From assembly GCF_001194135.2 (NCBI RefSeq), contig NC_068988.1, positions 28,341,916-28,405,915 on the forward strand: a DNA stretch of 64,000 nt, given 5' to 3'. This document shows positions 55,620 through 64,000 of this stretch, piece by piece (position 1 is the first letter of the stretch; every line of letters begins with the position of its first letter). The DNA is from Octopus bimaculoides. Its lineage: Eukaryota. The notes under the pieces were generated by a model. That model was given only the letters and a program-made list of their open reading frames with translations, was not told the DNA's origin and searched no databases. The position numbers and the translations under genes are program-made.

Positions 55620-56111
55620 TTATATATGTGACTAACCAGACTATCAGATGTTGTTATACATCGCTGGTCACAATGCACTTTGCATTGTTTTAGTCTTTCA
55701 ATGATGCCTCCCACCCACTGGCCAGGTGAGCAGGCCAAAATTGCCCCATGATCGAAAGGAGGACTGGGGCAATGTGAAATGAAGTGTTTTAGTGTTTTGC
55801 TCAAGAACACAATGTGCTGCCCAGTCTGGGAATTGAACCTAAGAACTAGTGATCGTGAGTGCAACAGCCTAACCACAAGGCCAAGCACCTTCACTAGTAA
55901 CTAGGCATATAACTGCATTGTTAAGAAGCTTGCTATGCACCCATGTGGTTTCAAGTTAAGTCCCGTTCTGCAGCACCATGGGTAGGTATCTTTTACTGTA
56001 GCCCCTTGGCCAAAAATGCTTTGTGAATGAATGTGGTAGATGGAAACTATGCAGAAACCTGTTTTATACATGTACACACACACACACACACACACAAACA
56101 CATATAATACA

Positions 56112-56271
56112 GGCACAGTGGCTGTGTGGTAAGTCGCTTGCTTACCAACCACATGGTTCCGGGTTCAGTCCCACTGTGTGGCACCTAGGGCAAGTGTCTT
56201 CTACTATAGCCTCGGGTCAACCAAAGCCTTGTGACTGGATTTGGCAGATGAAGACTGAAAGAAGCCCGTCG

Positions 56272-56360
<89 letters not shown>

Positions 56361-56430
56361 ATGTTTGTGTGTCTGTGTTTGTCCCCCCACCCCACCATCA
56401 CTTGACACTTTTGAACATTGGTTTGTTTAG
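56112..56430 (+). mobile_element. SINE family A
   Basis: Well-preserved head ggcacagtggctgtgtggtaag and (TA)n linker. Confidence 0.85.
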
Positions 56431-57833
56431 TCCAAGCTGACCCAAGGTTAAACAACAACAAACACATGCCTTGCCATTACATTGGTGCAACTTCTTGCTG
56501 TTGATTATAGTGGCATCATGCTGGAAACAGAATCCATTTGAAATAACTTTCCCATTACTGGCCCAACCTAATTTTAAAGTAATTTAAGGAACAGGCATTA
56601 ATCACTTACTTTAGCAAGTTATTTCTACCAATGAAAATATTATTTTCTCTTGTCGGCACTTTCATATTCAATTCCATTTTGTCTAACGATAAAAACATAA
56701 TATAATTGTAAAGTAAATCTATACAAAATTATGCAAATAAGCTCATGTCAAACAGGAGTTGTAACTGACAGAATGAATTAAGTGTCAGCGTTTAGCTGAA
56801 GGCTTCTTGTTGGTTTCGTTTGTATTCTGTCATTGGCCCTGTGAAGTGTTTTGTGTGTGTGTGTGTGTGTTAAAGTCACTTAATTCTTTGGTAAACTAGG
56901 TGTTCACATACTTAATCTAGAGAGCAAAGAAATAGGAATTAATTAAAAGTACACTTTTAATTGATTATAGAAGGGGAAAAATTCATTAGCTTAATGATTA
57001 ATTCTGGTAAAGAAAGGCAAGGGAAAAAAATCCTAACCTCATTTTTTTATCGTTCATCATCATTTTTGCATCTACCTTTCTAAGCTGACATTAGTTGTAA
57101 GTATCCCCGCCAGACTGGGGTTCAATTCCTTGTGCAGGTGTCACATAAAAAAGTAACTGTGCTGGTTCCACATAAAAGGCACCCATGCTGGTACCACATA
57201 AAAAGTACCCTATATATATGCTGTAAAGTGGTTGGCATTGAGAAGGGCATCCAACCACAGAAACCATGCCAAAACAGACAATTAGAGCTTGGTGGAGCTC
57301 TCTGGCTTGCCAGCTCCTGTCAAACCCTCCAACCCATGCCAGCGTGGAAAATGAACATTAAAGGATGATGATGATGATGATGATGGTGGGGACTTATTTT
57401 CTTAATGATGGTGCCCCAGCATGGCCATAACCTTTGGGATGGAACACATAAAGGAAAATAAACATTGATAGCTGGATAACTTTCGAAAAAATGGCAATGG
57501 AAAGTGCACACGTTATATTTTTAATTTATTCTAATTAATTAAAATGTGAGGGCTGTCTTTTCTGCCTTTCTAGATTAGAATTGATCATTAAGATAATGAG
57601 CATTTCGCCGCACCTCACTACAAGAGTAATATGAATTAATTAAAAATTCTTGATTCATTATTTTAAGTATATTTAGCTGTGATCTTATCATTTGTTTTTC
57701 ATGCTGAGTGTGTCCCTGGGAGGAATGAGACAACTGGGTGTAGCTGTTTGGACAGTGATAATTTGGCATGGCTGAGTGTACACTCAGATTATTTTAGTGG
57801 CAGTACTTTTTGGTCCTGGATACACATGCACAT

Positions 57834-57869
<36 letters not shown>

Positions 57870-58034
57870 GCGCATGTGTGTGTGTGTGTGTGTTGAACCC
57901 CAGTCTGGCGGGGATACTTACCACTATACTACCAAAAAATAAGGGGTGTTACCTTAGTTCACTGGTTGTGAACAGCTGACACTGTAGTACATCTCCAGCA
58001 TTAGAAGCTGTGCAAAGACAATAAAATAATAATA

Positions 58035-58080
<46 letters not shown>

Positions 58081-59397
58081 NNNNNNNNNNNNNNNNNNNN
58101 NNNNNNNNNNNNNNNNNNNNNNNNNNNNNNNNNNNNNNNNNNNNNNNNNNNNNNNNNNNNNNNNNNNNNNNNGGGGGGGTGATAGCCGATTACATCAACT
58201 CCAGTATTCAACTGGTACTTAATTTATTGACCCCAAATGAACGAAAGATAAAGTCAACCACAGCAGAATTTGAACTCAGAACTTAGTGACAGGTGAAATA
58301 TCACTAAGCATTTCGCCCAGCATGCTAACAATTTTGCCAGCTCGCCACTTTAATAACAGTAATAATAATGCCCTGACGCAGTATAATGCCCTGATGCAGT
58401 ACCAGGCAGTGGCTCTCATGGCTTCTGATCATAATTGATTGGAAGTGTTATCATATAAAAGATGGGCTACAGCAAATATTCTACTCAATATCACAGATTT
58501 GCTTGTCAGTTGTTTGACCTTAACCAGTTGAGCATGTTCCTTGGTAGCTGACGATATGTGCATCTCTGTTGAGAGGAATTCTTTGGGGTTAGAATAATAC
58601 ACCTCTGGAAACATGGGTGTCTTGTTCAACATCCTTAAACAAACCTTATTCAGGGAACTTTTGAATTGGATGGGCTGCTCGACCTGAAGAAAATCCTAAC
58701 CAGGCCCCACCTGCAAGGTCATGCACTATTTATCTCGATGTGAAATCACTATGTCACACACTTATGGTTGTGATGCATGTGCCTGGTGTACCTTTATCAG
58801 AAGAGTAGTCGTGATGGGTATACTGAGCTTCATATATTTTACCCCAGTGTCACTTTGATGGCATGCACTGCTCTCTCACTCAATAATAATAAGAAGAAGA
58901 AGAAGAAGAAGAGGAATAAGATCGCTCAGAGAGCGTAAACCTCCACCAAGGCAACACTAACTTTCTCTCAAAGATTAGCCAGAGATGATTTTTAAAATGA
59001 GAATATCTGAAATAAACTCAACTGCTCTGTCAAACGAGAATATTAAAGATGAACCTGACCACTCTCAACAATTAAATAGAAAAACAGGAAAAAATAATCC
59101 AGAATCCTTGTCCAGTACTGAATCAATCCCAAAATCTAATTAGTTCGTACTAGTCATAAGGCCAAACATCCCCGAAAGTTTCATCCAAATCTATCCAGCG
59201 GTTCTTGAGATATCTGGTCCACGAACAAACAAACAAACAAACATACAAACATGACTGAAAACAATATCTCAGCCTTCAAATTATGGCACAAGGCCAGCAA
59301 TTTTGGTGGAGTGGGTAAGTCAATTACATTGACCTCAGTGCTCAACTGGTACTTATTTTATTGACCTTGAAAGGGTGAAAGGCAAAGTCAACCTCAG

Positions 59398-59412
59398 CAA
59401 TAATGATAATAA

Positions 59413-59454
<42 letters not shown>

Positions 59455-59487
59455 CACCACCACCACCACCACCACCACCAATAATAA

Positions 59488-59519
<32 letters not shown>

Positions 59520-59532
59520 ATAATAATAATAG
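59398..59532. repeat. Compound microsatellite (TAC)n(CAC)n(AAT)n
   Basis: Seen directly in the sequence. Confidence 0.95.
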
Positions 59533-62038
59533 TATTAAGCTAATGTCAGAGGTCCAACCCATGCCAATGGAAAGTAGATGTTAAATGATGATGATGATGA
59601 TGATGATGAAATAAAAACTTTCATGTGGTTTCTATGGAAAACACATCAACAGTCACTAGAAGAACATTTGAGCAATTCAACTTATTCTGAAGTATCTTCC
59701 ACTCGTAACAACTTATGATACACTACAAAATCTCAGGTTTTGATGTTTATGAATTGTACCACTTTCTTGTAAATTTATATGTTGATGTTCTGAGAGTTAC
59801 AACAAAAAGTTCCAAACACGAAATAAGTTTAGAATCCAAGGATCAGTATGGCAAAAGAGTATTTAATAAGTTAGTGACTTAGGGTACCAAATGAAATCTG
59901 TGTACCATCTGGAAAGTGAGCTTGCTTATTAGAGCAGAAGAGATAACTAGTACTGCAAAAGGAGGATGAAATATGTGCTAATTCTGTTCTCAAATGATTA
60001 CAGCAGTTGAATAGTGTCATAGTTAGAAGAGTTACAGAGGGATGGATGTAAGGAAAATGAAATGTAAGGAATGCTTAATGGAAACAGAGTAGGTGGAAAG
60101 GAAAGACCCAGAATGTACTGGAATAAATCTAATGATTTTAGGAACTCACTTTTGCTGGGACGGACAGGTCTTTTCAAGCACAGTGAATTGCCAATCATCT
60201 AGATTTTTTTGTCATCCCTTCCATGAGGTTCAACATCTTGATACTAACCTTCAGTACATTGTTCCATTTCTTCCTAGGCCTCCCTCTTCTTCATCATCAT
60301 CATCAAGGTGCCATGCAGTGGGACTGAACCCGGAACCATGTGGTTTGTAAGCAAGCTACTTACCACACAGCCACTCCTACACCTAATTTGTATATATCTA
60401 TTTTATTAGAGATGCAAAACAACACCACGGAGGAATTGACATAAGCTTAAATAATAAACTGTGATAGGTGAACCACAATACAGCAAGGGATTACTGTATC
60501 CTGGTTACAGTTCACAGATGACATCTTGTTTGTCTGAGAAGGAATACAGAATAGTTTATTTAAGTTTTTGTATTTCTATGACAGCTTCCCACGTAACTAT
60601 GGCTTCGAGTCCAGCAATAAAATTCATCAAGTTTTCCAATAAAGCAACATCAATTTTTTTAACACAAAAATGAAACTTTTGAAATGCCACATAGTGGCAG
60701 TTATTTTGCTAACCCATGTCATCCCGCACTTAACTTCACTGCTTCTCCAATCATCCATATCATGCAGTTAAGTCAAATCCAAAGCCCCAGTTCTTGAGAA
60801 TAAAACAAATTGGTACTGACACAGGAGTTTATTGGACACATGCGAATGATTTTTCTGTGCCATTATGTCAAACATTGTTATAGTGAGTCACAATTTTAAG
60901 AAATTGCAAATGACAAAGCTGAAATTAGCAATGAAAGTCAAACTTTCATGACTAATTATAGCAATCAAAGTAAAATTTATGGCTGAATTCCTTTGGTGAT
61001 TAACTGGCACAAAAATTTCACTGGCACCAAAATTTCAATGGTATTTCAAAATACTGCATGAAAATTACCAACATATTTCAGATGGGTTCATTCCCACTGT
61101 GTGACACCTTGGGCAAGTGTCTTCTACTATAGCCTTGGGCCGACCAAAGCCTTGTGAGTGGATTTGGTAGACGGAAACTGAAAGAAGCCCATCGTATATA
61201 TATGTATGTATGTGTGTGTATATGTTTGTGTGTGTGTGTGTNNNNNNNNNNNNNNNNNNNNNNNNNNNNNNNNNNNNNNNNNNNNNNNNNNNNNNNNNNN
61301 NNNNNNNNNNNNNNNNNNNNNNNNNNNNNNNNNNNNNNNNNNNNNNNNNNNNNNNNNNNNNNNNNNNNNNNNNNNNNNNNNNNNNNNNNNNNNNNNNNNN
61401 NNNNATATATATATATATGTATGTATGTGTGTGTATATGTTTGTGTGTGTGTGTGTGTGTGATGATGATTGCCTCATCTTGTCAGATGATAGCCATCTCA
61501 CATTTGGCCTAATTCTTAAATGGTAGCAAGACATCTGTACATCATTGGATATAAGTGACAAAATCTTGCACAACACCTTTGCCACTCTCTCAGTTACCAT
61601 AATAAGTTCCAGTGACAAGCATTGCAAGACGACTGTACTATTTTGACTGCAAGTTTCATGTCTGAGTATTTTTTTTCCCACAAGATCTGCTTCCCCCACA
61701 GCTTTGTCAAAGATAAAAGGCACCTCTTCTACTCCTGGGCCATTTATTTAACCCATAGATTGGACCCTGGCAGTTACTACCATTCTGGGTCAGGATGGAC
61801 CTGGGAGTAATGGTAATTAAGGGGTGATGAGGAAGAAAAATATTGTTTAAATAAACAGATATTTAAATTTTTTCCAGGTTGCCTTAAAAAATGATTTTGG
61901 CAAAATTTATACATTATCTAAACACCAAGCAGAGACAGGAATTAGAATAGATTAATGGCATTTATCTCCTACACCAAATTTATATTAGTCTATGTGTATA
62001 TATATATATAAATACTCAAATATATACACCCCACCACC

Positions 62039-62103
<65 letters not shown>

Positions 62104-64000
62104 GCAATGTAGCTGGTGAACAGGGCAGTAAGTTTACTGTTCTTTTCTTAGGTATATATTTCCTGCTTGGTAGTTTACTTAGAGTGGATCTGTGCGATAC
62201 AGAAAGGAACAGAGTTCAACCCAGTGGTTGTTAATTGAGCCATCTACATGTCGATGGATCTTATTACTAGTTCAAGGCTTCATTTAGTTGGTAGCCTTGT
62301 GTTCCTTGCAGATAACAACTTGTGTTTTTCTTTGGGTTTGTCCCAATCAAGATGAAACTGTAAACTTTCAGTTTATTTGTAAGTAGCAAAATAAAAACAT
62401 TTTTCCTTTTCAGAAGTACGAATCAAATTGAAAAGTAGATGGCGTTTAGGCGGAAAGGAAATATTTCATAAATAAGCAGAACACTTTTCTTCTGAGACAC
62501 ATATATTTACCAATCAGTCTATTGAGTTTTCAGAAAAAAAGGAAGTCATGAGATTCCACAGTATCTAATAATGTACTGAAAGGAAAATGTTTGAAGAATC
62601 AAGTTTCAAATTAGTTGCATGTGTTACTAGTTTTTCTCTGGTCAGAACTTAAATAGCCATCTATGAATAAATCTATGAATCTGTAGGAACATGTGCTACA
62701 GTGTATGTGTGTGAGGGGGAGAAGGAGAGAGAAAGAGGGAGAGAGGGAAAGAGGGAGAGAGGAAGAGAGTGTGTATTTGTATGTTCATGTCTGTGTCTGT
62801 GAAATTATGTAATTTCAACATTAAAAATAATTAAATGGTTCTGGGTTTAAAATTAGTTTACTTTGGGCTTAGAAAACCAAGGTCAATTGCAATTAAAAAA
62901 CTGAATTTAGCTATTCATAAAGCTTGTAAAACGATTACTGGCTCTCAGAAATAGCTGAATGAATTGATCGGGATTTGTTAAATAGAAATAAGTGGATAAA
63001 CTTCTCTAATATTTTGAAGCCATCTTATCTTGATGTTAAAGAAACAGATATAGTCTAAAAAAAAAAAAAATTAAGCTAATTCCACCCACGAGTAATGTGT
63101 CAGTTATTTATGAGGAAATAATGAGTTAATTATACAGGCACAGGCATGGTTGTGTAGGTAAGAAGCTTGCCCTGCAATCATGTGGCTTGGGGTTCAGTTC
63201 CACTGTGTGGCACTTCGGTCAATTTGTTCAACTAAATCTTTCAATGTGGTGCCCCAGCATTGCCAACTAGAATGACTGAAACAAGTGAAAGATAAAAGGT
63301 ATACAATAAACAATACAATATATATATAAGTACTGGGATTGAGTCATTTGACTAAAATTCTTCAGGGTGATGCTCCAGCATGACCACAGTCTAACGACTG
63401 AAACAAGTAAAAGACAAAAGATATACACAGTGTATATTCTGCATCATTAGTCATCCCTTGTTCACTAAATCCACCATCCAACTCAATTCAATCTTTACAG
63501 CTGTCCCCTACCTTCCCTCCCCTCACCCATTCCCCATGTCCTACTCCCCCCACACACTCTTGCAACCTCGACCCACCCACACTCCTGGGTCCTCAGTCCC
63601 CAACCACTTCTCATCTCATACTTCTAAGGTCCACCCAGACACTTCATCACTTCTATTCATTGCTTTCCAGTTCCTCCTCTCATCACCCATTCTCTCTTCT
63701 AAAATGTCAGTAGTCATGTAATCCCTCAACAGCATCAAACACGGTTCTCAGCCAAGGTCCAAATGACCCTTGGGGGTCCCCATAAGATTTTGTTGTTAAA
63801 ATTGGTCATACTTCCACAATACACAAAATATTAAAACTTTGATTTATACAATTCCTAATAATATTTAACTATCATCATCATCGTTTAATGTCCATTTTCC
63901 ATACTGGCATGGGTTGGACAGTTAAACAGGAGCTGGTCAGCCGAGGGGGCTGTCCAGACTCCAACTGCCTGTTGTGGCATGGTTTCTACGGTTTCCCAAT

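Noticed and set aside
56112-56190. tRNA gene
   Set aside because: tRNA-like SINE head without a cloverleaf acceptor stem, continuing into the SINE body.
60459-60498. Tigger/pogo-like terminal repeat
   Set aside because: Only one degenerate end is visible; the partner TIR was not found.

Overview
AT-rich, repeat-dense eukaryotic DNA with nine assembly gaps. The SINE families and microsatellite load point to an octopus genome (recognised from memory, not searched). No long ORF or recognisable protein-coding gene is present, and most ORF-track entries are microsatellite, N-gap or SINE artefacts. The main non-repeat signal is a putative minus-strand transcription unit. It starts at a CpG-rich CRE/CCAAT promoter (~54.7 kb) with a structured first exon carrying a 19-aa uORF, a TGATG-coupled second ORF and two internal helices. 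About a dozen small candidate exons follow down to ~2.7 kb, and an 86-nt pre-miRNA-like hairpin lies in the first intron. I cannot name the gene; some candidate exons may be chance matches. Mobile content: tRNA-derived SINEs, RTE-type LINE remnants, a decayed Buster/Charlie-type hAT transposon and related MITEs, piggyBac-like, mariner and Helentron-like elements, and Penelope-like ends carrying minimal hammerhead ribozyme motifs (two near-intact, one inverted pair).
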